A stretch of DNA of 64,000 nucleotides from Glycera tridactyla (taxonomy: Eukaryota): the NCBI GenBank assembly GCA_965644265.1, contig OZ286462.1:27528001-27592000 (forward strand), written 5' to 3'. The translations under genes and the position numbers were made by a program. Within the stretch, counting starts at the first letter, position 1, and each line of letters starts with the position of its first letter. Positions 29,175-43,583 of this stretch are shown here, in pieces. The notes under the pieces are model-generated. The model worked only from the letters and a program-made list of their open reading frames with translations. It made no database searches and was not told where the DNA came from.

Positions 29175-29570
29175 TTTAGTGTTACCATAAATGGTGCAGA
29201 GCTTGGACAAGAGCTGAGCTCAGGAGAGAGCAAGACCTGAGCTCAGGAACAAGTGCCGAGTGAACAATGAGCTAGTGAAGGAGAGTACTGAGCCGATGAC
29301 TGCTATTATTATTCTTACTCCGCAACTGTTATCTACTGACTTACACATACTTCACTTAACTCCACTTTTTGTGTCGAGAAGCGACATGAAAAATGAGAGG
29401 GAATTAGTTTACAAGTTGACAGTTCGTACAATAGCGTGGAGATCAGCCGGGCTGCTACGTGTTGTGCATGAGCCCACTCAGATGTAGTCAGTATTTGTGG
29501 TCTGTGTCCTATTTGTGTATAGTCTTCCTCTATTTAATATAGCGTTTAGTGTTACCACAAACGTGTTACA
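29175..29570. mobile_element. Unclassified insertion-like module bounded by 17-bp direct repeats (solo LTR or TPRT-type insertion)
   Basis: TTTAGTGTTACCA(T/C)AAA at 29175 and 29545; alternative boundaries TGTTAC (29180) ... GTTACA (29570). Confidence 0.35.
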
Positions 29571-32500
29571 TTGTACTTACAATGACGGCTCACAGTGAAG
29601 TATTTCTAGTCAGACTCTGATGTGAGGACAATTGAAGAGGAGCTTATGAATGTTCAGCTACCAATGACGACAACCAATGATCTTCAAAAATGTTTACTAC
29701 AATCAGTTTACCATTTCTGGTGACACCAATTTTCTTAATTCCTTCCCCAGAACCAATGATGCCAATGGTTGTTCAAGAACTGTTGTTTCTAGCTGTTGTA
29801 TTGCCTGAAATATTAGATAATAGAAGAATGTAATTTTGCCAATATAAATTGTCAAAAGAATGCTTAACGATTTTATTTGATGACTTTTCCTGATGCACAT
29901 GACTCTGATCTGACTCTTAATTTGCACATTGATGTCATATTGGAGGTCACAGGTTGACAGGCAGTGTCATGCATTCCATTGCCACACCTCAGCAGTGAAC
30001 AGGCCCAAATTCACTTTGGATACATAGAATCGCATCCACATTTTCTGGCATGATGGGTGAATCTTAAGGAAGAAAGGCACAGTTCAAATGATTATCAGCA
30101 AAAACTGGGTGTCATACAAGAAGCAAACAGACTGTAGTGAAACAGTTGCTTCACATAACACCGAGCAGAATCAGTTTTGATGACCAATTTATATCAGTCC
30201 GAGTCGCTTCAGAGATATCAACATTAGAGGAACAAAAATAGAAAGCAAGCCACTTCCAGCAAGTACAGATGGCAGCATTTTGAAATGGCCTACTTTAATA
30301 CGAAAAATTGTTGAGGTAATGTCGTGCAATTTCTGCACATTTATCAGGAAGAATCTGTCAAGTTGGAACTCCATCATAAAGTTGATGAATGAAACAAACA
30401 AATTTTCTCCTTTTTTTTGTAATATACTGAATGCGGGAAATACACCTTGAATTTGTCCTACTGGAGTTTGTGTAATCCAAAATTCAAGACTTCCATGACA
30501 ACAGTCCCGATGAACTAAGAGGTCAAGCTATTTTTTTGTGCATGAGCAGAATGCTAAATTTCCCTCGGATTTTGTTTGTAATCTAGCCTGTTATGAACGC
30601 TTGTCTCTCCGATGTCATCCCCGGGCCCTTCTTTAGTCAGGCCATGTGTACTCTTAGCTTTCCCCTGTTTAGACTGCATTCATCTTCACTTTGTATCCAC
30701 AAGTACTTGACAAATATTAAAATACTAGACAACCCAGGGACAAATATTAGATGATTGTGCCGGCGCAATAAATACATAACGCAGCCCAGCTGACCTCTGG
30801 CCTCGATTTTCTCTACTTCAAATCCTACGCTTTGTATGCAAATCTGGCTGTTAGTAGTATTTAAAATCAAATTTTTTCAACTTCTTCTTTGTGCCCATTT
30901 CTCACAAAACAAATACTAATGAACTGCGTTGTTTGCATTAGAAATCAGATATTGTACACAGATTCATAGCAAGCTTTTTATAACTCTACTAATCTAACTT
31001 AATCCCTATTGCAGCATTTTGTTTGAATGTGTCTTTCACCCAGCCATAACACTGAGGCCTTGGGCTCTCCCCATCTGGGTTTAGTATATTTCAACAACTA
31101 GATGATAAATGATCTGGATATGTGCTAGAAAGGTTGACTGAATTTGTAAACTTTGAAAACTTCCAAATTTCAAAATATTGAAATTTTAATCACATCCAAG
31201 GACTTCACATGGAACTTCATATCAAACTTGCATCCATACTTATAAGTTGAAAGCTGGGCGAACAAAATGTAATTTTCAGTAGAGATTAATCTTCATACAA
31301 AAGTGTTGACATGTGAGCAGATTATACAGATTTAATTTTGAATAAAAACTACCATTCACATCAAGTTATGCACTCAAGAGCAGCAGGTATTAAGACCATT
31401 CATATCCCAAATGCTGCAAAAATTGTCCACATATGACATACCTTTCATCAGTCATTTACATAAGACAAGGAACAGAACTCATGGCAAGCCGATTCTATTG
31501 GTAATATGGGATTCCAACTCATGGATTACAAGATTGGATTCTCAGATTAACAATAGAGAAACATTAACGACATAGGATTTCTTATCATAATTTTGACAAA
31601 AAGGATAGATTTATTTGAATAGAAAAGGATGACACATGAGCTGATCCTTCATACAGGTGGACTTATCTTGTAAGAATGATTGGCACCTGTACAAAATCTT
31701 CATCGAAATAGAAATCAGTCCAAACCGTTCAAAATTCACACACATGTTACAAAGTGCATTTGAACTGCACTTCATAATTTGGATTTCACCCTCACAAGCT
31801 ACATATTCTACTGAAGATATACATTGCAAATCCTGCAAGGTGTGCCAGAGTTGGTAGTAAATCAGTACTAATACTATTTTACGTGAAGTTTAGCATGACA
31901 AGTCGGTATTTCAATAATCGCGGATTAGGAAGGTTGCTTTCATCATTGACATCAAATCTGATTGAAACCACAGGCTGGAACCATGAACAATGTCATCAAT
32001 GAACAATGATAATCAGTTCTATAACTGGATGAAGGCTCGCAGTTCCCTGAATTTACATGAATGCCCACGAACTGAAAGATCTTTTTCATTCATGTTTTTT
32101 TTCCCACAGATAATGAGTAGTGTGATGGGTGTGGTCGATCAGCTACGATGACAACAACGTGTCACGGAGAACACATGTCAGCAGAACCCTCATTGACCCA
32201 ATTTTGTCAGATCCAAAAGTCGACTGTGAGGAAATCAAACTTCATAATCAATCTTGGTACTGAACACCCAATTCATGAATGGTTCTCGCAAATTAATTAC
32301 TTGTAACCCTTTATTGAGCAGATCACAATTTCTCAACCATGGAGCAACAGCGACAACTAACAGTAATGCATGTTTTAGTGATGTGAAATTAACATAATCT
32401 TCCACATATTGTGATGGACCTTATGATTCAAGTATGTTGTATGATATGGTACATCAGTATGCCAAATGTAGTTTTCAAATCAAGCACAATTTGCTGTGGA

Positions 32501-35500
32501 TGAAGAGTTGTAATTGAGAAAATGTGATCTGAGCCAAATTAATGTTTTAAGCTGACCCCCAGCATGTGACAATGAACTCTGCTGAATTCATTACCATGCG
32601 ACCCTTTTCACACCAACATGTGCTTGACTGCAGTGGAAACCATTTTCAGGCACATCTTCCTATAGAGAATTGAAAATTTTAACTGATCTCCATTACATAT
32701 CCATTGTTGACATTAAGGGTTTGTTCAGTGGTAGAGAAATCCATCCACGGAATGAAACACCGACCCCAAGAAGTACAAAAAGCGATCACACAGAGGGGCA
32801 AGCATCTCCCGAAGGCTGACGGAACAACATGGCTGACAATACATGTCTTGCTGCGGGGTAGTCCGCCCAAGCTGTGTGATCTTTAGAAGCAACGTTTAGA
32901 GGACAATCAACAGGAGATAATGGGAAAAGATACGAGCTGTTGTTCTCCACATGTTTACGCGATAAATTAACCCCATCTTTCATGATTACACCCTCCATGT
33001 CATGGCGAAAATGATTCATTAACACTACACATATCAGATAATAGTCATCAATTTTCATTAATGTCCAGTGGGAGGAAAGCTCGAAATCAAACATTTCCTG
33101 GTTCCTTACATTCAATATAAACTCACATTCTCCCTCCTTCTATAGAAATTCCGCAGATTATGAATCTTTTCTTTTTCCAGTAAGATGAGATAATCTTCAT
33201 TTCAATTCGTCATTGCAACAACAAACACACAATTGCTCTACCGAGCATCTCTGGTGCGGATGAAAACGGAGCTCTTATCTACACAAAATGCAAGCAGTAT
33301 TTGCTTCTTCAAAAGATGGTATTGTCAACGAAAAGATGTAGGCATATTTGAAATTTCAATGCTATGCTCGACTTCTCTTGGTTGAAAATCATCACTGCTT
33401 ATTAGATTGATGATATCAGCTAACTGAAAATTTCAATCCTTCTACAAAAGTTGAGATCCATTGTAAATATCCACAAAAAGTCAGCAATCAAGCAAGATGA
33501 TGCAATCTTTGCTTGATTGTCATCCTTCGCCCCCAGCATCATCTACATTTTCTGCTTAGATCTGCTCTCAACATGATGGAATTTAGGACTTTTCAGAACT
33601 TATCATACCTGCTTTTTCAAATTTGTTGAGAATGCACAACAAAATTGGATATTCCAGTTTCCTTTTTCAGTCATATCCTCTGGATTAATTATGAATGGGA
33701 AATGCCCACAGGTGATGTGCCCAAGGTCCCTCTGGTGGGGTGTGGGTTAACAATAGTATTGTGATCTTCAGTGAGGACATTAGTAAAGCTATTAGTGAAA
33801 ACAATGGAGGATGTCTCCGAGCTGTTGTTTTAGACATGTCAATACAATAAATTAACAATTACCACTGAGACAAAACCCGGAGTAGCCATGCAGAAGAATA
33901 CCCGCAGTTTGATTGCGAACTCTCACAAGCCCGGAACAACTTCCAATCCAATAATTAGGTCCTGTCACTTCTCATATTTCATCACTGATTAGTGACATCT
34001 GGTGAACAAATTCAGTCACTTTCAATAAAATCTCCAACCGAAACCCTGAAGCCACAGATACACAGGGAATAAGCATTTCAATTGATAATGTTCTTCTATG
34101 AATTGCCAGTCAAGAATCCAACAATGAATCTGAAATGAATAAATCTGGTGGTGACCGCAACATTATGTGAGTATGGACTTTGATTCAGGGTGGAAAGGAA
34201 AACCTATCTGTACTGTGGCCAGGTGGATTTGAGATCTGTCAGCTCCCAAGAATTATACCTTTTCAGCCGCTCTTTTTCTGCTCAATTAATGATAATCTTC
34301 TACTCATCCATCAAGATGATTTGCCTTATGCAGGCCTGGGAGAGGAGGAGGGAAATGCTCATCATGTTAAGCCATCATTTGACACCCTGAAACTGGCGGT
34401 GAAAAGACTGGTGTGAGGGGGATTTGCCCACAGGCTGCTGACAATGGGAACCGGCTGACGACTGGAAGCAGGCAAAATACAATAAAAGATGAGAAGCTTT
34501 CCCCAGGGATGCGGGACCTCCCAATAAGATGATATATGGGTCAGGGGGGGGGGGGGGGGAAGGGGGACCTATCAATATGATGATCCAGAGAAGAGGATGA
34601 TGGGGTATCCAGGGATGGCAACTCCCATTCAAGAGCCAGGCCCTGAAGCCTTGGGCTCCACAGGGAACTCCTTACTCCTCCCCCTTTATCTGCAGTGGGT
34701 CGAATATGACATGGCTTGCTCCAGGCAGAAACGGGTTTCTCAATATTCAACAAAGAGTAATAATCAAAAATGCACCTCAATGTGAATAACAGGGGTGCAA
34801 ATGCAGGGTCGCCTACCTTTGGAGACCGAAATTGGTAATGGTGCTGATTTTCTGACAGTAATAATGGTAGTATTTGCGATAATCAAAAGAGAGGATCATA
34901 CATCATATTATGTAATGTTTTGTGTAAAATGTCAAAATATTGACTCGAAGAGTGTATAGAATGAATCCAAAATTATAATGGTTGTCATATCTGCAAATGG
35001 CTGCTGGTGCAAAATACTGAAGATGAATGAAATCAATGATTTCCCAAACTACATGTATTCACGAGAAAAAAATCAGATACCTAAAGCACTGGTTATTTCA
35101 CAGTTATTTCAAGCAATGGGATGGAATTCTCTATGATGATGCTACCAATGAAGATTGCATGATGAGGGTTACAACCATATTTCAAGCGTTTCTAGGCATG
35201 TCAAAAAGCGCTTCGTTCTCCCTCTAAGCTACCATTCCTCTCCTTGATTGTGAATCTCATTCAAAGCACACTGCTGTCACCTTCTCTCGGCGAACAATGT
35301 TTAATCTCCGGCAGCGAGTCACATGATTTATTTCGAATGTCGGATTTCAGGCGATATGCATTCCCAACAACCGCCAAAGCAAAATCTCCAAAATGAACTT
35401 CTATCTGCCGAGTACGGATTATCAAGATTATTCAAATGACAAGATTAAATCCCATCTCTGCTTTAAAACGACAACATTGCAGCGCCCACAAAGGTAGCAA

Positions 35501-38500
35501 GTCCATTGTTGTGCTATAATATATTCCACTCGAAATCACCCACAACAAATCGGCTAATGTTGTCGTTCCTTTTTTCCGCGAAAGTCTCCATTATATTGTC
35601 ACAGTTTCAACTGTAGTATTCCATATGTTTTTTCAGTGGATTTACACACCATAAACTAACATGGATACAACCGGATTACTACATTATTTACACAGACTTG
35701 TCTAGTTGTACAATTGGGCGCACATACAAACATATTCTTTTATTCGAAAGTACATCCCACCACCCTCATCTCCATAGTGTACGGAGATATCCAAGGATGT
35801 TTTATTTTTCCAAAAATAGAGTTTTACAAAATCCAGAACCTGAGCACTGGCTGACAGGAAGGTAATATCAATGCTTGTTCAAGTGGTGATTTGATGAATT
35901 TCAAGTACCAATAAAGTGAGCTGTGATTTTACAGTTGGGGATAATATGGAGGGGGGGGGGGGGGGGGTGCACAAATTGCCTTTGAACTTGAAAGGCCTTG
36001 GCTGTGTATACATTTGTATATAAATCACAACAGAAAGGGGGAGGTCCTGTTAGACAGTGAACAAAGTGCTAACAAAAAGTCATGGAAGCTGCTCAACAAT
36101 AAGACAAGACAAAAACATGTCACGTATTGAGTGCATCAATACAAATTAACATAATTTATCTAAGGTCATGCCAATTAGCATAATTGATTAGAAGAGTGAG
36201 TGGGGGAGCAGTTGGTGGGATGAAACACCAGGTGCAGAAAGTGGGAGGTCCCACACCAGGCTTGAATCTTTTGTTACATCAGCCGGCCTTGAAATGAGGC
36301 TACAAACATGTGGCTCGGGCCACACCATCAAAGCTGGCCTAACTCAACATGCAGTGCATAATCTTTCTAGTGCTAGGAACCCGGACTAAACCTGGGACGG
36401 CTATACTTTGTAGCCTGTACAAAGCAAGCACCCATATTCCACAAATTTGGTTCCTCAAAACTAGTGCAAAACTGGAAAGGACTGATAGAAAAAGGCTACG
36501 GACCAACATTTGCTCATTGCAGGTAGTTTTTGTCGAAGGCTCACATACCATGGGTTTCCATGTATAAATCATCTATATTTGAAGAATGAGACCACCTAAC
36601 AACTACCCCCCACTTCTCCTTGACGCACCCATAGATGCCAACTTTTGAAAGACAAAAATAGTAGCAGTCCAAATTCCAAACAGTAGCAGAGCCAGTATTT
36701 GCAATGGAATAATAAGAAATTTCATGATTATGCACAGTAGTGTCAATAATAAAATGCAAGAATTTTGGTCTAAAAAGACTGGTTGCTAGTCCAAAATCAT
36801 AGTGTTTGGTATCTCTCCATATACCATTAGGACAGAACATTTTTTCAGTGTGAACATCCATCTCTCTAAATGAATAAATTTGGGATGCATATGACACAAA
36901 TTATATTTTGTGGATTCGGCTCCCGGGATAATTGACAGTCTTGAATGATGAATGAAGTTGGGCAATTTTTTCTATGAGATTTCCAGTATAGAAACTACCA
37001 CCTGTACATTTCAGTTATCTTCCAAAGATTAATATACATGACTTGGTCGTGCTGATCTGGCAATATGGATGCACCAATCACTGTATATATCATCATACAC
37101 TGATGGGAGCTCAGGTATGATTCACCAAAAGAACACAAATGATATGTAATTCTTAAAAGGCGAGCAGACCAGATGGCGGGAGAAACTGAAAGTTCCCATC
37201 CACTCACAATAAAACTTTGATTGATCGATAGAACCCTGACTGTATCATTTCAATTTCAATTATTACTGAACCTCAACATGCTTGATTAAAAATTCAAACA
37301 TACTGATTTTAACAGCTTCTGAGTTTCACTCCTTTCATTTGATTTCTGCAATTTGGAATTTTCCCTTGGAAACTAACAAATGCCATGTGATCCTGGTCAA
37401 TGAAAGCTTGATGCCCCCCCCCCCCCCTGCAGACATCACTTACACAACCCCTGAACACAAGATGATGGGAATGCTGAGACGTGGAAGTAGCTGACAGTTC
37501 AGACACAGCTGTCACATGACCATATTAAACCTGATGAGTGGGATGTTCATTTTCCCCGTGGCATTTATATGAGATGTCGGGATCATTAGCACTGGAAGCT
37601 GGAATGAGTGTAGGGAGAAGGAGGCACATGATGAATGCCAACTGGAGTGACTGCTGGACAGGATATTACACATAGAAGCCACAAGCCTTTTCAGCGCCTT
37701 TCACACACAATATCCCATGTCAGACTTTGGCTATCCTGATCACATTAACCCATCTGATACCACATCCATTTTAGCACACGCTTCTGCTTCTCTATCAATT
37801 TTTACACAAGCAATGGATCAACCGAACAACAACTGCATCTCATTTTGTAGTTCACTAATCTCATTACCCATCATTTTATGTTATTTTGAGGGATGTAACT
37901 TTAGATTCCAGTAGTTTTTTCTGATCTGAAAGATGAAATGTGGAGGTGTAATTGAGGAGTGGTGCAGACCTGATTAGATTAAGATCTTTAACACACCCAA
38001 TGTGCCACTGAGTGCCCAGCAGAACCACTCCATGTTGACTTGAGGAGGAAGCCTGTGACATGGGCAGCTCAGGACATGCCTCTCACTCTTACTGGCCCAA
38101 AATAGTCCCTTTCTCACAGCATTCCTCAGATCCAGCACCCCAAAAACATCAGATCAAATCACATGTCTATGGATACATTTTCACATGACCAAGGCTTGCC
38201 TTTGTATATAGGTTTGCATGAATAAGGCTCTACATTACTACATGTGGGTAGCCAATGGCTACCGAATTTACCCTCTCACTATGAAATTTCAAAAGTTAGT
38301 GCCCAATGTCCCCCAAAATCTAGAGAGGTTGTAATCGACAATATAGTGACTGGCTTTTTACAAGGGGAATTCATATCTTGAACGAACATTCTAGCCTGAT
38401 GAATCTATTTTCCAAGAGATAGTGACTGGCTACGATATCTTACAACTGCGACCAAAAATTTCAGCTTAGAGGCGAGCTGGCTCCTAAATATTTTAGCTAA

Positions 38501-38819
38501 TGTAGAGCCCGGATGAACCCATTATTCTGCTCTAAGTAAAGGACCAGGTTAATGAACTGTACTGACAAGATTGGAGCGATTAAGTAAAAGTCAGTAGCTT
38601 TGTGACGAATGAGGCCGGCATTGGCAGGCACCATTTGAGTGAAGCAAATTGAGGCAGACAAATCAATCCAGCTGAGGTATCGATCTGACCGCAAACACCG
38701 AGGCTACGATCACTATTCTTAAAAGGTTTGGTACTCTTACATGGACAGAATTCCCCATGACGGAGGGATATGAAACAATCTGCTCATTTCAATCAAACTC
38801 AATCTCTTTTTTATTCCAA

Positions 38820-39010
38820 CTGAGCAGATTTTCTTCAATGAATGGATTATATTTGAATCATTCTCGTCATAGGCGCAACTTGATGGATTTAGTGAGGGAA
38901 CCGCTTTTCTTTTCTAGCTGAGCAGATTTTCTTGAAATAAATGAATTATTCTTGAATTGTTCTCCATCATAGGCGTCAGGAGCGCAACTTTATAGAATTA
39001 GTGAAGGGCC
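38820..39010. repeat. Diverged tandem duplication, period about 98 bp
   Basis: CTGAGCAGATTTTCTT at 38820 and 38918; shared TCATAGGCG, GCGCAACTT, TTAGTGA. Confidence 0.8.
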
Positions 39011-40080
39011 TTGGGATATTTTGAGAGGACTGAAGATCTGCCAGGCATCTAGAGGTCATGTTGATACAGAGTTAAGAGGAACAAATAGACATAATGAATT
39101 TGAAACATTCCTTGGCTTGCAAGTCGATGTTTATTATTTGACCAGCCTGCTTGGGCCAACACTTTTAACTGCTTTCACACCAAATACCACATCTGAACTC
39201 ATGCTGCTGCCATGACCACCTCCTGAAAGAGACCAACAAATATGGAAAGTATAAAAAATTATATACTCAACTGAGGGTAATTTGGGGGCCATTTTACCAA
39301 TCACAATACAAAAACATAAATTGTCTTTTTCTCTCCGACAAAAGGATTGCACCTTCTTTTCAATCATATCTCATGTGCTTCCCCCCTGTAATTTTAACCT
39401 CAAGATCAAAGGGAAGTAATTATGTAATAATTATCAGGTATCACTCCATAGTGTACAAGAGAATAGATGGCCATCTCAGGATCCATTTCAAGAAAGTATG
39501 CTGATACACCAAGCAACCATAACTTAGTAAAAAAAATCACTCTCGGCCTGAAACATCATGGAGAGACTGTGTGACCTTATGAAAAAAGGCCACATAGTCA
39601 TTATTTGAAGGATATCAGGTTTCTTAATGACATAAAAATACTTCAAACGACATAACATTCCAATGGCATCTGTGAACATATTCGCCATCTGGTTTGAGTA
39701 ACTGTATATGAATGCGGTGCATTCCCTAAAAATTGGATTAGTTACGAAGCAAATCCAATACATCAGCAAAAATTGGTATCCCGCTGATAAGTCTTCAGAT
39801 ATGATGGTTGAACTATGGGAGACTTGGGAATAGAGATGAACACATAGCCATGGAGAAGAAATAGTCATTGTGACAGTATATCTGTGGGCTCAAGGTTCAT
39901 CCTCTGTGGGACTATTGATGGGGATTTGATGATAGTGATTGTGGATATCTGTGATGAATGATTGGCAAGCTGGGACTCATTTAACAATCACAGGCTATAC
40001 TGGATCTTATCATGTTGAATCAGCCCAATGATATAGGGTAAACCGCCACCGCCACCACAGCAGCAGTTGCACATAGTGAG

Positions 40081-40082
<2 letters not shown>

Positions 40083-40114
<32 letters not shown>
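40083..40114. repeat. (TG)16 microsatellite
   Basis: Direct reading. Confidence 0.95.
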
Positions 40115-40115
<1 letters not shown>

Positions 40116-43100
40116 CAATGGGGTGATAATAATACCCTGCATGCTTACACACCCTACACTTTCACAACCCTCGCCTACAAAGCACACTAATAATCAATTT
40201 TAAAACCCTATAATGGCTGCGAGAATCGCTTTTTTCAAGACGTCTCAAAGAGGCGCAGCCGGCAGGAGTCATTTTTGTTGGAGAGCTGAATGAGATTATA
40301 TCTCGCAAGATCTTGAAAAGCCTGAACTCGCCAAAAATGGTTCAAATGGTTGCCAGAAATGATTGTTATTACCGGTAATTTACTTCTCACATACTACACA
40401 AATTAGCATGTACCTTTTCTCACCTGTGTCAAATGAATTCTTGAGCAATTAGTAAGGAGGAAGTACAATCTTTGCCACTCTCTCTCATTAGAGGACTGGA
40501 GAAGCTGTCATCATAGTGGAGAGGAAGAAAGAAACAGCTTCAGCCATGGTATTCAATCCTTCATTTATATGAAAAGGCTTTCAGGCAAAAAATTTCTATG
40601 GAAATGGTGAAGGACATTTGGATAAAGTTGTAAGCAACACCGCAATCAGAGTGTCAATTTGCGAACTAGCACCATGACAGTTTTGAATCTCAAACGATTC
40701 CATCTTGAAACGTTTCATCCGATTAATTTGCTGAAATAGTGTGACAAGATGTGGTAGATTCATCAGTGATGATATTGGTATGTCATACAAATTACACACC
40801 TTCGGACACTCCCTGAAGTTATCTGAACTGAATCAGGCCAAAAAAGACAAAATTCAGGATTACATCTTCTGAAATCTGAATGTTCACCGGTTTCTTTAGT
40901 TTTCATAAATCAGCTTCTCCATTCACACCTGGATATGCAAATTTCTATATTTTCATCTCAAATCACCTGTATTTTGGCAATCCAGGGCACATCTAAGCCC
41001 CTGCCCCCTAGAAACTCCACTTTCAAGCAACTAAACCTACACCTCACAAGGAAGAAAAAGAGGCAGCAAGTTTCATTGCAATCTGTAGAGTCAACAACGG
41101 CAGTGATGTTGATCTAATGTCTTTACCTCCTGGACAAAAAGCAGTTAGAGTAAGTGAGCTACAACTCTTCTTATCTGTGAATAGGATCGGGATGACAATG
41201 GCGGCAACAATGGAACGTTCTGTCAGGATGGATGGACGTCAACGACGCCATTGCTTCACACTGCCACATAGACCAACTGGAACCTTCCAGTTAACTGCTT
41301 TGACTTGTGAATTGCTCTACATTGACAGCAAAGGTGTCTGCCCACTTCACCATGGATCTCACCCACCCAAAAGTGTCAGGCCAATAATCAGTTATACTGA
41401 TAGATCCATTGAAGTTGTTCGACTGAGCAATTGTTAAGCACAAATGCTCAAAATCAATTCAATTGGCAGAACGACATGATAATTTATCTCTATTTATTGG
41501 ACATTGAGCACTATTTCTTCATTCATACACCACCGCGGTAATGCTGATGTGATGAAGCAAAATCTTTTAGAGTTATGAATACTCTTTCTGAAAGATAACC
41601 GCACATATTCACAACTGTATCTCTTCTGGGCTGATGGCAGTAACCTCTAGACAACTACCTTGCTTCATATGTGGCCTGATGCATAAATTGATTCTGAGAT
41701 ACAAATATGAGAAACAGAGAGCTCAACATCAGAGAAATTCTCTGATTTTGACTATATCCATGAGCACAGTAACATGGACACATTTTTGGTATCAAAAATT
41801 GTGTGTGTGTGACTAATCATCAATCGCTTTGGATGGACATGAAAAATATTTTTGAAAGCTGAACTACTCCAAAGGTAACACAAATGAGAAATCATGCAAA
41901 TGTGAAACTTGCGTGTAATGTTCAGAATTTAGTAACAACCTGTTGGCATCACCGGTGGCCTTGAAATTTCAGATTTCACCTTAATGTCCTGCGAGATGGA
42001 TGTGTGTTCAGGACATCCATTTCTTGCTTTTCTTTCAATTTAGTAATAGCAGGAATGCACCAAAATCTCAGTAAAATTATTTCAGCTAGATTGCTCACAA
42101 AATCTCAGCAGAATTCATCCAGTTACGTTACGAAAGAAGAAGTGAAGGAGTGAAGCGATCGCTCAGACAACACCTGGAGGCGCTTTCACTTCCCGGTGGG
42201 AGGTCTAGTACATAATCATACGTTCTCACTAGGCAACATGTACAAGGTTACATGTTCACTTCACTGTGCACAACTCTGCCTTCCTGTCAACCTATCGTGA
42301 ACCCTCATGGGTGGCTGACTCTAATGCCCCAGCAACTCAGCCTGTACTACCAACCATCTGTCATTTACCAATTTGCAAGTAATTCACAACAAGTTTGTAA
42401 TTTTCTACCCGGGTCATGGTGAATGATATGGGCAAAGGAAGTGGCTGCTGTTATGAGTGTGGTCCATCTGTGTTTGCTAAAATCGACTCGCATAACTGAC
42501 ACATTTTTGGAACAAATGATTTTTACTTCACCAACCATACATGCCACATTCCTACATCAGCCAAAACTGACATCAAATTTATTACCTCAACTTCACCATT
42601 TGTTGAAAAATATCCACAGTTTTTTGGGTAAAATCACATACAATTGCTCACGGTCAATCAAAACCTTCACTTCTAATCAACGCCATATTAGACAATATAA
42701 TATCCCCCATTGTTTGTGCAAATTTTTGCTACAATAAAGATGGGATACTTTTTCGATATTTTGTTCAAATTTTATATTATCCCGATTCTGGTGAAATGTG
42801 TCACGTATGTAACTGCGCAGTATTAGACCAGACAGGGGGCATGTGGTGTTAAATGGTAAAATCTTCCTTGAAATCTATCAATTGCCATGCAGGTCATAAA
42901 TGCATAAGAAAAATTTATCTGGCCTTGCTCCGGTCACAAAAATCTATCTGCTAAGAGAGGAAATCCACATATGAGAATGACCTGTTGTGGGTTAAATGGT
43001 AGTAGTGTCTGAAATGGGAGTGTGATAAAAAAAAAGAAGAGCATCCCAGATCTCACAACATGGATGGCATCTATGTACAGATAGAGGTCAGGCGGTATAA

Positions 43101-43407
43101 AATATGAGCCGCATGGGAGTTGCTATCACTTAGTCTAAATCTTGAATATTATTAAAGTTTTTGTCGTTGGGCGAGTATCATATCAGGCAAGCTGCCAGGC
43201 ATGTCAAATTCACAGGTGACACTGCCGGGGAGAAGCTGAAAGCTTTATTCCTCAAAGAATTCCAATCCCCGAGTTCTGCCAAGAAACCAGACCCAACATA
43301 CATGAGAACAAGATATCCAGGCCCCTGTTTCACTCAATATCAAGTGACAACCCCTGGATCCTTTCTTTCACAGGGATGTGAAATTCTGACCAAATACTAA
43401 TGGAATA

Positions 43408-43583
43408 CAGTTGAACCTAATAGAGACCACCTCTCCACAAAGACCACCTGCCTGTGAATGTCACTCTGAGCTGTAACCATGATAGTAATCTCAACATAAA
43501 ATGACCTCTCTACAAAGGCCACCTGCCTTTAAAGACCACTTTTTGATGCAGTCAATGGTGGCCCTTACATACAGGTTTGACTG
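43408..43583. mobile_element. MITE family 1, 176 bp (orientation A)
   Basis: TA|CAGTTGAACC...CAGGTTTGACTG|CA; same internal repeats and core. Confidence 0.85.

Noticed and set aside
33485-33519. Hairpin CAATCAAGCAAGAT-loop-ATCTTTGCTTGATTG
   Set aside because: An 11-bp perfect stem is near chance level in 64 kb; too short for a pre-miRNA and no known mature miRNA recognised.
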